64,000 bases of DNA from Candidatus Eiseniibacteriota bacterium (lineage in GTDB: Bacteria > Eisenbacteria > RBG-16-71-46 > CAVPCR01), in contig CAVPCR010000005.1 of the NCBI GenBank assembly GCA_963702435.1, positions 32,001-96,000 of the forward strand, written 5' to 3'. Numbering within the stretch: position 1 is the first letter of the stretch; each line of letters starts with the position of its first letter. A program made the position numbers and the translations under genes. The notes beneath the pieces are model-generated. The model saw nothing but the letters and a program-made list of their open reading frames with translations, was not told the origin of the DNA and ran no database searches. Positions 11,147-20,829 of this stretch are shown piece after piece.

Positions 11147-12084
11147 GCGGGCAGGCGACCACAGGCGCCACCGGCATCGCGGCCTGGTGGGACACGATCC
11201 GGAGGGATCGCAAGGCGGCGATCGGCGCTCTCCTCGTCGCGGTCTTCATCGCGATCGGGCTCGTCGGCCCGTGGCTCGTCGCCGATCCGACCGATCTCGT
11301 CGGGATGCCGCTCCAGCCGCCGTCCTGGGAGCACTGGCTCGGGACGACCGGGCAGGGCCAGGACGTCCTCGCCCAGCTGGTCGCCGGCACCCGCCCGACG
11401 CTCGCGATCGGGTTCGGCGTCGGCATCGCGGTCGTCCTGATCGGAGCGCTGGTCGGGGTCGCGGCCGGCTACTTCGGGGGCCGCGTGGACGCGCTCCTCT
11501 CGCTCCTCATCAACGTGTTCCTGGTCATTCCCGGCCTGCCGCTCGCGATCGTGATCGCCGCCTACCTGCCGAGCGGACCGCTCACGCTCGGGCTCGTCCT
11601 GACCGTCACCGGCTGGGCGTGGAACGCGCGCGTCCTGCGCGCCCAGACGCTCGCGCAGCGGCGGCGCGACTTCGTCGCGGCGGCCGTCGTGGCCGGTGAA
11701 TCGGAGTGGCGGATCATCACGCGCGAGATCCTGCCCACCATGACCTCGCTCCTCGTCGCGCAGGTGATCGGCAGCACGGTCTACGCCATCGGGGCGCAGG
11801 TCGGGCTCGAGTTCCTCGGGCTCGGCAACGTCTCGGCCGTGACCTGGGGCACGAACCTCTACTGGGCGCAGAACGACTCGGCGCTCCTCACCGGGGCGTG
11901 GTGGACCTTCGCGCCCACCGGCCTCTGCGTCGCGCTCGTCGGCTTCGGCCTCACCATGCTCAACTCGGGCTTCGACGAGATCACCAATCCGCGGCTCTCG
12001 CTCGAGCGCGCCTGGCGGGCCTTCCTCGCCGCGCGCGGCCGGGAGCCGACGCGGTCGACCCCGGTGGTGGCCGGCGATGCCTGA
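11143..12084 (+). CDS. ABC transporter permease (OppC-like)
   Basis: PPSWEHWLGTTGQGQDV, AAGYFGG, EAA loop and TWG. The GTG start overlaps the upstream TGA. Confidence 0.88.
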   Translation: MSGQATTGATGIAAWWDTIRRDRKAAIGALLVAVFIAIGLVGPWLVADPTDLVGMPLQPPSWEHWLGTTGQGQDVLAQLVAGTRPTLAIGFGVGIAVVLIGALVGVAAGYFGGRVDALLSLLINVFLVIPGLPLAIVIAAYLPSGPLTLGLVLTVTGWAWNARVLRAQTLAQRRRDFVAAAVVAGESEWRIITREILPTMTSLLVAQVIGSTVYAIGAQVGLEFLGLGNVSAVTWGTNLYWAQNDSALLTGAWWTFAPTGLCVALVGFGLTMLNSGFDEITNPRLSLERAWRAFLAARGREPTRSTPVVAGDA

Positions 12085-13141
12085 GCCGAGAGCCGAGAAA
12101 GCCGAGAGATCCGAGATGTCCGAGATGTCGAGCCCAAGGTCCGAGCCGCTCCTCTCGATCCGCGACCTGTCGGTCGATTACGTGACCGACACCGGCCCCG
12201 TGCGCGCCGTCGACCGCGTGTCGCTCGCGGTCGCGCGCGGCGAGATCGTCGGCCTCGCTGGGGAGTCGGGCAGCGGCAAGACGACCCTGGCCCAGGTGCT
12301 CCTCCGTATCCTGCCGCCTCCCGCGGTCGTGACCGGCGGCGAGATCCGCTTCGAGGGTCGCGACATCCTCGCGCTCACCGAGCCCGAGCTCCGCGAGATC
12401 CGCTGGCAGCGGATCTCGATGGTCTTCCAGAGCGCGATGGACGCGCTCAACCCGGTGATCACGGTCGGCGAGCAGATCACGGACACCTTGCTGGCCCACG
12501 GCGCGGTGGCTCCGGAGAAGGCGCGCGCCCGCGCCGGCGAGCTGCTCGCGATGGTCGGCATCGCGCCCGATCGCGTCGACAGCTACGCGCACCAGCTCTC
12601 GGGCGGCATGCGGCAGCGGGTGGGGATCGCGCTCGCGCTCGCGCTCAAGCCGTCGCTCGTCATCCTCGACGAGCCGACGACGGCTCTCGACGTCATCGTG
12701 GAGCGGGAGATCCTCGATCAGATCCGGGCGCTCCGCACGCGGCTCGGCGTCGCGGTCCTCTTCATCACGCACGACCTCGCGCGCATGCTCCAGTTCTCGG
12801 ACCGGGTCGCGGTGTTCTACGCCGGGCGACTGGTCGAGGTGGGGCCGTCGACCGAGCTTAGCCGAGCTCCGCGGCATCCCTACACGCTCGGCCTCCTCAG
12901 GTCCTTCCCTACCGTGTACGGCGACATGACCGTGCTCGCGAGCATCCCGGGCGCGCCGCCGAGTCTCCGCCATCCCCCTCCCGGCTGTCGCTTCCATCCG
13001 CGCTGCGACCGCGCCGTGGATCGCTGCCGCGTGGAGTCGCCCGCGCTCGTCGAGCTGGCGCCGGGACATGCCGCCGCGTGTCATCTCGCCGAGCCGGACG
13101 CGCCGGCGCCGGGGCAAGCGCCGGCGGCGAAGCGCGCGTGA
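12077..13141 (+). CDS. ABC transporter ATPase (OppD-like)
   Basis: [30 protein letters not shown] and GCRFHPRC. Confidence 0.93.
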   Translation: MPEPRAEKAERSEMSEMSSPRSEPLLSIRDLSVDYVTDTGPVRAVDRVSLAVARGEIVGLAGESGSGKTTLAQVLLRILPPPAVVTGGEIRFEGRDILALTEPELREIRWQRISMVFQSAMDALNPVITVGEQITDTLLAHGAVAPEKARARAGELLAMVGIAPDRVDSYAHQLSGGMRQRVGIALALALKPSLVILDEPTTALDVIVEREILDQIRALRTRLGVAVLFITHDLARMLQFSDRVAVFYAGRLVEVGPSTELSRAPRHPYTLGLLRSFPTVYGDMTVLASIPGAPPSLRHPPPGCRFHPRCDRAVDRCRVESPALVELAPGHAAACHLAEPDAPAPGQAPAAKRA

Positions 13142-13147
13142 CGCCGG

Positions 13148-16100
13148 TCAGATCGTGATGTTCAGGTAGGTCCGGAGCTCCCACTCGCGCCCGTTGTCGC
13201 CAGGCGCCGTGGGATCGCACACCGGCGTGCCGGTCGGGTCGGGGACCAGATCCGGGCAGTAGCGGCCCGAGTGCTCGTCGAGCGATCGCCAGGTGCCGCG
13301 GAGCCCGATGCGAGTCTGCGGCGCGCCGAACCACCGCGGCGCGCCCAGCGTGTGCGACACATCGCCCATCAGCTGCACCGGAAAGGTGAGATTGAAGTCG
13401 CGGTGGTAGTCGTACGGTCCCCAGTCGCCGAACTTGGCATAGCTCTCGATGGCGGTCGCGCCGAGCGCGGCGCGGCCGCCCACGCCGTAGCGGTAGATGA
13501 GACGCTGGTCGTTGCCGTTCGGCTCGCCGGTCCCGAAGAAGCCGTAGAGAGCCGCGCGGCGATCGCCGCGGAGCCGCGACACGGCGCGGGCCTTGACCTC
13601 CCACAGGTTCCGCGGCGGGGTGGCCTGCGGGAACGCGAACGTGTTGCCATTCGAGAGGACGCCGATCGCCACGTCCTGTGTCGTCGGGAAGTGCCGCACG
13701 ACGAAGCCGAGGCTTCCCGCCAGGCGGGCGTCCTCGCGCACGTTGTTGTCCCAGGCCCAGAGCCACGTCGCCGGCGTCGGGTCGTAGGTCACGATGACCT
13801 CGCCGGCGGTCATCTCGCGATTGGCGCGCACCGCGAAGGGATCGTCGAGGATGTTCCGCGGGCGCCCCGGCGGCGGGGCGTCGGCCGGGACCGGCCCGAC
13901 GAGCGGCTTCTGCCACAGGAAGTTCGGCCCGACCTGGTAGTCGCCGAGATGCACGGCGACGCCGGTCATCGCGTTCACTCCGTTGCCGAGGCCCGAGTCC
14001 TCGAGCTCCCAGCCCATGAAGTTCTGGACCGCGGTCGGACCGCCGTCGGCCACGATGCCTGCGTACGCTCCCTGCCCGTACCAGTGATAGGGCCCGCGCT
14101 CCCACGTGGCCTTGGCCCTGAGCCCGAAGTTGTCCGTGGTGCGGACGCTGTCCTGGAGGACGCGATAGGTGTCGCCTGACTCCTCGGCGATCTGGAACAG
14201 CTCGCCCTTCTTGGTCGAGCCGGCCCAGATGCCGCCGAGCTCGATGCCGAACGGCCCGCGCTTGGTCTCGAGGCTCAAGGTCGCCCGGCGCGTGGGCGGG
14301 GTCGGGATCGCGGTCGAGCTCGTCACCGTGGTCTGCTTGGCGAACTCGTTCTGGTAGACGCCGGTGTACGTGATCGAGCCGAGCGCGCGGCGGTACTTGA
14401 TGAGGAACGACGGGTTGGCGCCCCAGAAGAGCTCGGAGCCGAGGGCGAACTTGAGGCCGTCGAGCGTTTTGCGGCCCGTGAGCTGGAACCCGACCGGCGC
14501 CTCGGCATTGTAGATATCAACGTTCTCGCCGTAGTAGGCGTCCCGGTACAGGCCGAAGAAATCGCCCTCGTAACCCCAGTGCGTGTGGCCCGCGCGGTAG
14601 AAGGCGTCGAGCCCGAACCAGCGATCGTCCCAGGACATGGAGGCGCGGTAGACCTTCACGCGCTCGATGCCCTCGAGCCGGACGAGATCGCCGCTCTCGT
14701 CGACCAGCGTGCGCTGGCGCCCGCGGTTCTCGTAGAAGATCTCGTCGATCGGGTTCACCGGGACGTGCCCGAGGATGTTCACGGACAGAGTGCCGAGCAC
14801 GTTCTCGGCGGGACGGACCTCGAAGTCGGTGTAGAAGGATTCGAGGTGATCGAAGCCGACGAAGGCGGGGAGCGCCGTCCGCGGCGTCTCGGCGGGCGGC
14901 GTCGAGAGGCGCGTCCCGCCGGTCGAGTAGGTCTCGAACTCCATGCGCACGTTCGAGATGCGCACCGGATCCAGATCGTCGGCGATGCGGCTCGCGTTCG
15001 CGGCGCGCGCGTCGAGAGCGACGACCACGGGATCGATGGCCGCGAAGTGGGTGCGAATGGCCTCGCGATCGACGCCGGGGGCATACGGATCGAGCGTGAA
15101 GGCCTGCTTCAGGGCGTAGTAGGCGGCGCGCGGGTAGAGCTCGTAGAGCCCGCGGAAGTCGGACTTGCCCTTCGCGGTGATACCCCACCACTCCTCGTTC
15201 ATGTTGTTATCGCCCTCGACGAAGTCCTCGACATAGCCGCCGTTCGGCCACGAGGCGTGCGTGTCGTGGATGTCGAGGCGGCTGTCCTGGCCGTACTTCC
15301 ACCAGCCGTCGCTCCACTGGAAGATGAAGCCGCCGATCGCGTTCCCGACCAGGCCGTGGCCGGCCGACTGCTCGAAGATCTCCTGCCACTGGCCGAGGAG
15401 ATAGCGCGCCTGCGGGATCTGGTCCTCGCGCATCTCCTTCGCGTTCCAGGCGTCCGCGCCGAACTCCGAGTACATGACCGGGATGCCGAGCTTGTCCTTC
15501 ACCTCCTGGAAGAGGTCGCGGGCCGAGATGCCGCGGTAGACGTTGGTGCCCAGGATGTCGAGCGACTTGCACTCCTCGGCGATGAGACCGATGTACTGGA
15601 GATCGCCGTTGGCGATGGCGACGGGCCGGTGCGGGTCGCGCGCCTTGACCGCGCGGGTCACCTCCTCGAACATCGAGTAGAGGTAGCGCGCACGGGCCGC
15701 GTCGCGCTCGCCCACGGGCAGGGCCTCGATCTCGAACATGGTCCAGGTGAGCCCGTAGTTGTTCTCGTTCCCGAGGAGCCACATGAGGACGCCGGGGACG
15801 CCGTCGAACTCGGCGACCAGCGCGCCGATCTCGGCCACGAGCGCCGCCCGCAGGCGCGGATCGGAGTAGTCGACCGACGGCGTCCACACGCCGTCGAGCA
15901 TGTAGCCGTAGCGGGCGCAGGGGTGGTTGAGCACGGTCAGGATGCCGTAGCGCTCGTAGATGTACTGGACCCAGCGCGGCGGGATGCCGACGTACTGCCG
16001 GAGGGCGTTCACGCCCATCGCCTTGAGGAGCGGCATCTCACGGTCGAGCGCCGCGACGATGATCTCGTCCGGCTGCTTCCACAGATCGTAGAGGTAGTTC

Positions 16101-16378
16101 TCGCCGATCGGGATGTAGTCCCAGTTCATGCCGCGGACCATGAAGTCGCGGCCGTCCACCTGGAGCCGCGAGCCCGCGGCGTCGGCGACGATGCGCACAT
16201 CGGGGCGGGCCGCCGCGGGGCGGGCCGCCGCGGGGCGGGCGGCCGCGGGGCGGGCGGGGGCGCCGGTGCTGCTCTGCGCGAGGGCGGCGCCGGACGCGGC
16301 GATGACCATGACGATCATCGCCAGGGCGGCAGAGGAACTGGGGCCGGACCGGCCGAATCTAGCGAGTATCGAGCTCAC
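13148..16378 (-). CDS. Secreted clan GH-A (GH2-like TIM barrel) glycosidase fused to a ~600-aa probable outer-membrane beta-barrel region
   Basis: Signal peptide. LMWLLGNEN (acid/base), MYSEFGAD (nucleophile) and GGFIFQWSDGWWK. The C-terminal half has aromatic, alternating strands ending WELRTYLNITI. GAGGA RBS before GTG at 16378. Confidence 0.72.
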   Translation of the reverse strand: MSSILARFGRSGPSSSAALAMIVMVIAASGAALAQSSTGAPARPAAARPAAARPAAARPDVRIVADAAGSRLQVDGRDFMVRGMNWDYIPIGENYLYDLWKQPDEIIVAALDREMPLLKAMGVNALRQYVGIPPRWVQYIYERYGILTVLNHPCARYGYMLDGVWTPSVDYSDPRLRAALVAEIGALVAEFDGVPGVLMWLLGNENNYGLTWTMFEIEALPVGERDAARARYLYSMFEEVTRAVKARDPHRPVAIANGDLQYIGLIAEECKSLDILGTNVYRGISARDLFQEVKDKLGIPVMYSEFGADAWNAKEMREDQIPQARYLLGQWQEIFEQSAGHGLVGNAIGGFIFQWSDGWWKYGQDSRLDIHDTHASWPNGGYVEDFVEGDNNMNEEWWGITAKGKSDFRGLYELYPRAAYYALKQAFTLDPYAPGVDREAIRTHFAAIDPVVVALDARAANASRIADDLDPVRISNVRMEFETYSTGGTRLSTPPAETPRTALPAFVGFDHLESFYTDFEVRPAENVLGTLSVNILGHVPVNPIDEIFYENRGRQRTLVDESGDLVRLEGIERVKVYRASMSWDDRWFGLDAFYRAGHTHWGYEGDFFGLYRDAYYGENVDIYNAEAPVGFQLTGRKTLDGLKFALGSELFWGANPSFLIKYRRALGSITYTGVYQNEFAKQTTVTSSTAIPTPPTRRATLSLETKRGPFGIELGGIWAGSTKKGELFQIAEESGDTYRVLQDSVRTTDNFGLRAKATWERGPYHWYGQGAYAGIVADGGPTAVQNFMGWELEDSGLGNGVNAMTGVAVHLGDYQVGPNFLWQKPLVGPVPADAPPPGRPRNILDDPFAVRANREMTAGEVIVTYDPTPATWLWAWDNNVREDARLAGSLGFVVRHFPTTQDVAIGVLSNGNTFAFPQATPPRNLWEVKARAVSRLRGDRRAALYGFFGTGEPNGNDQRLIYRYGVGGRAALGATAIESYAKFGDWGPYDYHRDFNLTFPVQLMGDVSHTLGAPRWFGAPQTRIGLRGTWRSLDEHSGRYCPDLVPDPTGTPVCDPTAPGDNGREWELRTYLNITI
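16202..16256. repeat. 15-bp tandem repeat encoding a (PAAAR)n linker
   Basis: About 3.5 copies of ggggcgggccgccgc, in frame after the signal peptide. Confidence 0.85.
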
Positions 16379-17777
16379 GCGAGCATCCTCGAGTGGATCG
16401 CTGCAGCGGGATTGCTGCCTGGTCGGGGACCGCATTCGCGGTCACGACATCGCGGTACCAGAAGGCGCTGTCCTTGGGGCGACGTTCCTGGGTGGCGAAA
16501 TCGACCCAGTAGAGACCGAACCGCTTGGTGTACCCGTCGGCCCATTCGAAGTTGTCGAGGAGAGACCACGCGAAGTAGCCGTGGAGCGGAACGCCGGCGG
16601 CGATGGCCCGGTGCGCGGCCACGAGGTGCTCCTGGTAGAAGGCCACCCGGCGGGCGTCAGCGATCCGTCCCGTCGCGTCGGGCCCTTCGCTGTACGCCGC
16701 CCCGTTCTCGGTGATGTAGATCCGTGGCGGTCGATAGTCCCGGTCGAGACGCACGAGCAGATCGAAGAACCCCTCCGGATAGACCTCCCAGCCCATGTCG
16801 GTGAGCTCCACGCGTGGCGCCATGGGCACCGAGACGGGTTCTCCATCCGCACCCGCACGCACGACCGCCCGGCTGTAATAGTTGACGCCGAGGAAGTCAA
16901 GCGGGGCGGCGATGTCCTCGAGATCGCCGGCCTCGACGAAGGGGAGATCGGAACCCGGGAGCTCGCCCCGGCGCACGCGATCGGCGATCACATCCGCGGG
17001 GTAGCGCCGGCCGAAGAGAGGATCGAGAAACCAGCGGTTGAACGTGCCGTCGAGCCGGCGGGCCGCATCGCGATCGGCCGGGGCGGGCGAGGCCGGCATG
17101 ACCGGCATCAGGTTGAGGACGATGCCGACCTCGCTGCCCGGGGCGCGAAGACGCAGGACATCGGCGGCCCGACCGTGCGAGAGGAGCAGATGGTGCGCGA
17201 CCCGCAGGGCCAGAGCGGGATCGGTATGGCCGGGCGCGTGCCGGCCCTCCGCGTGACCCAGCGTGCTGATACACCACGGTTCGTTGTGCGTGGCCCAGTG
17301 GCGGACGCGATCGCCGAGGCGCGCGGCGACCGCGTGCGCGTACTCGATGAAGGTCTCGACCGTGTCGCGGGAGCGCCAGCCGCCGCGCTCCTCGAGCGCT
17401 TGCGGGAGATCCCAGTGATTGAGGGTGACAAACGGCCGGATACCGGCGGCGAGGAGGCGATCGACGAGCGCGTCGTAGAAGTCGAGACCGCGGTGGTTCG
17501 GCGCGCCGCGTCCCGCGGGCAGGACCCGCGGCCAGGCGATCGAGAAACGGTACGACCCGACCCCGAGCCAGCGCATGAGGTCCAGGTCCTCTCGCCACCG
17601 GTGGTAGTGATCGCAGGCCACGCTCGAGTCCGATCCGTCGGTGATGCGACCGGGAGTCGCCGCGTAGCGATCCCAGATCGACTCGCCGCGCCCCCCTTCC
17701 CGCTGGCCGCCCTCGATCTGCTGCGCCGAGGTGGCGACTCCCCACAGGAAGCCATCGGGGAAGGAGAGCATGACCAT
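16359..17777 (-). CDS. GH1 beta-glucosidase, cytoplasmic
   Basis: FPDGFLWGVATSAQQIEG, CDHYHRW, YRFSIAWPRV, HNEP, YITENG and WSLLDNFEW. Confidence 0.95.
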   Translation of the reverse strand: MVMLSFPDGFLWGVATSAQQIEGGQREGGRGESIWDRYAATPGRITDGSDSSVACDHYHRWREDLDLMRWLGVGSYRFSIAWPRVLPAGRGAPNHRGLDFYDALVDRLLAAGIRPFVTLNHWDLPQALEERGGWRSRDTVETFIEYAHAVAARLGDRVRHWATHNEPWCISTLGHAEGRHAPGHTDPALALRVAHHLLLSHGRAADVLRLRAPGSEVGIVLNLMPVMPASPAPADRDAARRLDGTFNRWFLDPLFGRRYPADVIADRVRRGELPGSDLPFVEAGDLEDIAAPLDFLGVNYYSRAVVRAGADGEPVSVPMAPRVELTDMGWEVYPEGFFDLLVRLDRDYRPPRIYITENGAAYSEGPDATGRIADARRVAFYQEHLVAAHRAIAAGVPLHGYFAWSLLDNFEWADGYTKRFGLYWVDFATQERRPKDSAFWYRDVVTANAVPDQAAIPLQRSTRGCSRELDTR

Positions 17778-17783
17778 CTGCGC

Positions 17784-18791
17784 TCAGCTCCCGGCAGAGG
17801 GCGCTGATGCGCCCTCTGGATAGAGATGGCAGCGCACGCGCCGGCCATCGGCCCACCGCGCCGCCGGGTCGACGGTGCGACAGACATCGAGCACGTCCGG
17901 ACAGCGAGCGGCGAACGCGCACCCGCCCGCCGGACCCCGGTCGTCGGTCGCGGTGGTGCGCCGCTCCCGCACCTTGCTGTCGCCCGCATCCGCGATCGCG
18001 GCCAGGAGCGCGCGCGTGTACGGATGCAGCGGCGCATCGACCAGCGCGCGACTCGGCCCGTCCTCGACGACGCGCCCGCGAAAGAGGACGAGGATACGCT
18101 CGGAGAGGTAGCGGGCCGAAGCGAGATCGTGCGTGATGAGGAGGATCGCGAGCCGGCGTTCCCGCTTGAGATCGGCGAGGAGATTGAGGACGCCCATCCG
18201 GATGGAGACGTCGAGCATCGAGGTCGGCTCGTCGGCGACGAGCAGGTCCGGATCGACGGCCAGCGCGCGCGCGATCGCGACGCGCTGCCGCTGGCCGCCC
18301 GAGAGCTCGAAGGGGCGGCGATCGATGAACTCCCGGGCCGGCTCGAGCCCGACTGTCGCGAGGAGCACGAGCGCCCGCTCGCGCACCCCGGAGGCCGTGG
18401 CCCGATGGTGGCGCCGGAGCGGGCGCTCGAGATGGTAGTAGACGCTGTGCACGGGATTCAGGGAGCCGAAGGGGTCCTGGAACACCATCTGGACCCGGCG
18501 CCGGTAGCCGAGCGAGGCCCGGCGGGGCTCCCGGGCCAGGACGTTCTCCCCGTCGAGGAGGATCTCCCCGCCATCGGGCGATTCGAGCCGGAGGACGAGC
18601 CGGGCCACGGTGCTCTTCCCGCTCCCCGACTCCCCGACCAGCGCCACGCAATCGCCCCGGTCCACCTGGAAGGACACATCCTGGGCCGCAACTGATTTTC
18701 TTGCAACGGATAAGAACCCGGGCGCGGCGAAGGTCTTGCTCACCGCGCGCAGCTCGAGGAGCGGAGCTGTGGCCTGGCCGCTGGCTTCCAC
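17784..18791 (-). CDS. ABC transporter ATPase (OppF-like)
   Basis: GESGSGKS, VQMVFQDP, LSGGQRQR, DEPTSMLD and HPYT. The GTG start at 18791 after GGGAGA is inferred. Confidence 0.9.
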   Translation of the reverse strand: MEASGQATAPLLELRAVSKTFAAPGFLSVARKSVAAQDVSFQVDRGDCVALVGESGSGKSTVARLVLRLESPDGGEILLDGENVLAREPRRASLGYRRRVQMVFQDPFGSLNPVHSVYYHLERPLRRHHRATASGVRERALVLLATVGLEPAREFIDRRPFELSGGQRQRVAIARALAVDPDLLVADEPTSMLDVSIRMGVLNLLADLKRERRLAILLITHDLASARYLSERILVLFRGRVVEDGPSRALVDAPLHPYTRALLAAIADAGDSKVRERRTTATDDRGPAGGCAFAARCPDVLDVCRTVDPAARWADGRRVRCHLYPEGASAPSAGS

Positions 18792-18837
18792 CTGGTCTCC
18801 CGTGGCGTCCGGGGTGTCCCGAGGCCTCGCCGGTACC

Positions 18838-18885
18838 CTTTGTTCGATACTCGAACAAAAGGCTTTGTTCGACTGGCGAACATAG
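18838..18885. promoter_or_regulatory. Tandem palindromic operators O2 and O3
   Basis: CTTTGTTCG-atact-CGAACAAAA at 18838-18860 and CTTTGTTCG-actgg-CGAACATAG at 18863-18885. Confidence 0.78.
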
Positions 18886-18910
18886 TGTATGATCTTCCGG
18901 TGGATGTCAA
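18882..18910 (-). promoter_or_regulatory. Sigma70-type promoter of the ATPase-GH1-GH operon
   Basis: On the minus strand, TTGACA (18910-18905), a 17-bp spacer, then CACTAT, which overlaps O3. Confidence 0.62.
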
Positions 18911-18997
18911 GGGCAAGTCGGCCCCGACCGCCGCGGCCCAAGGACGGCCGCGCCGGAACGGTTCGACAGGATTCAACTCGGAAAGGCGACAGGAGCC

Positions 18998-19654
18998 ATG
19001 CTAACCATGCGCAATCTTCTATCGATGAGCATCGCAGCCTTGATGACCTTCTTCCTGATCGGGATGGCTGGCCCGGTGTCCGCCCAGTTGCTGAACCCCG
19101 GCTTCGAGTCGCCGGACGCGTCGGGCGGCGATGTGCCCGGTACGGCCAACTGGAGCTCGTTCAACAATGTCTTCACGACCGCAGCCACCTTCCGCAGCGG
19201 CACGCAGGCCTTGAAGACCTTCGGTCCCTTCTCCCCGGGCGGCGGCTCCGGGGCCGTGCAAGCGCTCCCGGCGCTCCCCGGGCAGACCTGGGTCGGCGAG
19301 ATCTACGCTCGGAATGCGAGCTTCGATCCCATCGACAACGTCGACTTCGGCGTCTACAAGATCGAGTTCTTGAACTCGAGCTTCCAGCTCGCTGCCGGCG
19401 GGATCTTCGGTGTCGATGTCTTCGAGTCGAACCAGATCAACGGCAACACACCGCTGGATACGTGGACGCTCCTCGGCGTCGGCACCGCTCCCGCCCCGCC
19501 GACCACCGCGTATGCCCAGGCCGTCATCGTCAAGGTTGACGTCGACGGCACGCAGGGCGGATCGATCTTCTGGGACGATGCCCGGCTCTTCCGTGATAAC
19601 CCGGTGTCCGTCGAGTCGAGCTCCTGGGGTCAGATCAAGAATCTCTTCCAGTAA
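18998..19654 (+). CDS. Secreted CBM-like (jelly-roll) protein with a C-terminal SWGxIK tail
   Basis: Signal peptide, LLNPGFE...IFWDDARL (CBM4/9-like pattern), ending VSVESSSWGQIKNLFQ. Confidence 0.7.
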   Translation: MLTMRNLLSMSIAALMTFFLIGMAGPVSAQLLNPGFESPDASGGDVPGTANWSSFNNVFTTAATFRSGTQALKTFGPFSPGGGSGAVQALPALPGQTWVGEIYARNASFDPIDNVDFGVYKIEFLNSSFQLAAGGIFGVDVFESNQINGNTPLDTWTLLGVGTAPAPPTTAYAQAVIVKVDVDGTQGGSIFWDDARLFRDNPVSVESSSWGQIKNLFQ

Positions 19655-19791
19655 GACCGGCCCGGCGCGGTGCGCCGGCCACCTGGACGACGGGGCACCC
19701 CCGCAGGCGCGGGGGCTGCCCCGGCGTCCGGTGCGAGGAGCCGCGCTCGCGCGACGCGTTCGATGACGGACGCATGAAAGGAGACCTGACC

Positions 19792-20700
19792 ATGCACTTC
19801 CTCAGGAACTCCGGCTGGACCTGCATCGCCGCCGTTTCGGCACTGCTCCTCGCCGGGATGCACGGCAATGCGAACGCCCAGCTGCTCAATCCCGGCTTCG
19901 AGCTGCCCAACGCCTCGGGCGGCGACGTGCCGGGCACCGCGAACTGGAACACCTTCAACAACGTCTTCACGACGGCGAGCCTGTTCCGCTCCGGCACCCA
20001 GAGCCTGAAGACCTTCGGCCCCTTCGTGCCGGCCGGCGGGTCCGGCGGCACGCAGGCGCTCGCGGCGGCCCCGGGCGAGACCTGGGTCGGCGAGATCTAT
20101 GCACTCAACTCGTCGACCGACCCGATCGACAACGTCGACTTCGGCGTCTACAAGATCGAGTTCCGGAACGCCGCCGGCCAGCTGGCGGCCGGCGGGCTCT
20201 TCGGGGTCGACATCTTCGAGTCGAACCAGATCAACGCCTCGACACCGCGGGACACCTGGACCTTGCTCGGCGTCGGCACGGCGCCGGCTCCGGCCGGGAC
20301 GGCTTTCGCCCAGGCCGTCCTCGTCAAGGTCGACCTGGACGGCGCGCAGGGCGGTTCGATCTTCTGGGATGACGCCCGGCTGCAGCGCTTCGTGATCGGG
20401 GTGGCCGACGCGCCGCTGGCGCCGACGTTCGCCCTCCAGCCGAACGTGCCGAACCCGTTCAACCCGGCGACGCAGATCGGCTTCGCCCTGGCGCAGCGGA
20501 GCGTCGTGAACCTCTCGGTCTACGACATCACCGGCCGCCTCATCGTCACGCTGCTCGACGGGCAGCTCGACGCGGGGCCGCACGAGGTGACGTGGAACGG
20601 ACGGGCGGCGAACGGCTCCCCGGCCGCGGCCGGCGTCTACTGCTACGTGCTCGAGACGCCGGGCGGGCGGTCGGCGCGGAACATGACGCTACTCAAGTAG
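19792..20700 (+). CDS. Paralogous secreted CBM-like protein with a FlgD-Ig/T9SS-like CTD
   Basis: The core is nearly identical to 18998..19654. It is followed by LQPNVPNPFNP.T.I.F...VYDITGRLI...WNGR...AGVY. AAAGGAG RBS. Confidence 0.78.
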   Translation: MHFLRNSGWTCIAAVSALLLAGMHGNANAQLLNPGFELPNASGGDVPGTANWNTFNNVFTTASLFRSGTQSLKTFGPFVPAGGSGGTQALAAAPGETWVGEIYALNSSTDPIDNVDFGVYKIEFRNAAGQLAAGGLFGVDIFESNQINASTPRDTWTLLGVGTAPAPAGTAFAQAVLVKVDLDGAQGGSIFWDDARLQRFVIGVADAPLAPTFALQPNVPNPFNPATQIGFALAQRSVVNLSVYDITGRLIVTLLDGQLDAGPHEVTWNGRAANGSPAAAGVYCYVLETPGGRSARNMTLLK

Positions 20701-20757
20701 CGACGTGAGGCGGCAGTTTCCCGGCCGCCGCGTGTCTCGCGAGAATCGTGGATCCGA

Positions 20758-20788
20758 CGCTGCGCCTCAGATCGTCTGAGGCGCAGCG
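20758..20788. other. Perfect 14-bp intergenic hairpin
   Basis: cgctgcgcctcaga-tcg-tctgaggcgcagcg, upstream of the GH149 gene, with no U-tract. Confidence 0.7.
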
Positions 20789-20829
20789 CACATCCGGCGC
20801 GGCCGCGCACGAACCAGGACACAACTTCG

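Noticed and set aside
10555..12084. Fused double permease (509-aa ORF)
   Set aside because: The fusion results from a frameshift near 11080. The OppB-like LDPR end and TGA at 11146 lie in another frame, overlapping the next GTG.
14579..16714. Long antisense or alternate-frame ORFs (also 3651..5789, 16897..18858, 22270..24138, 56414..58468, 60786..62549)
   Set aside because: These are shadow ORFs expected in high-GC DNA. They are low-complexity, carry no motifs and overlap well-supported genes.
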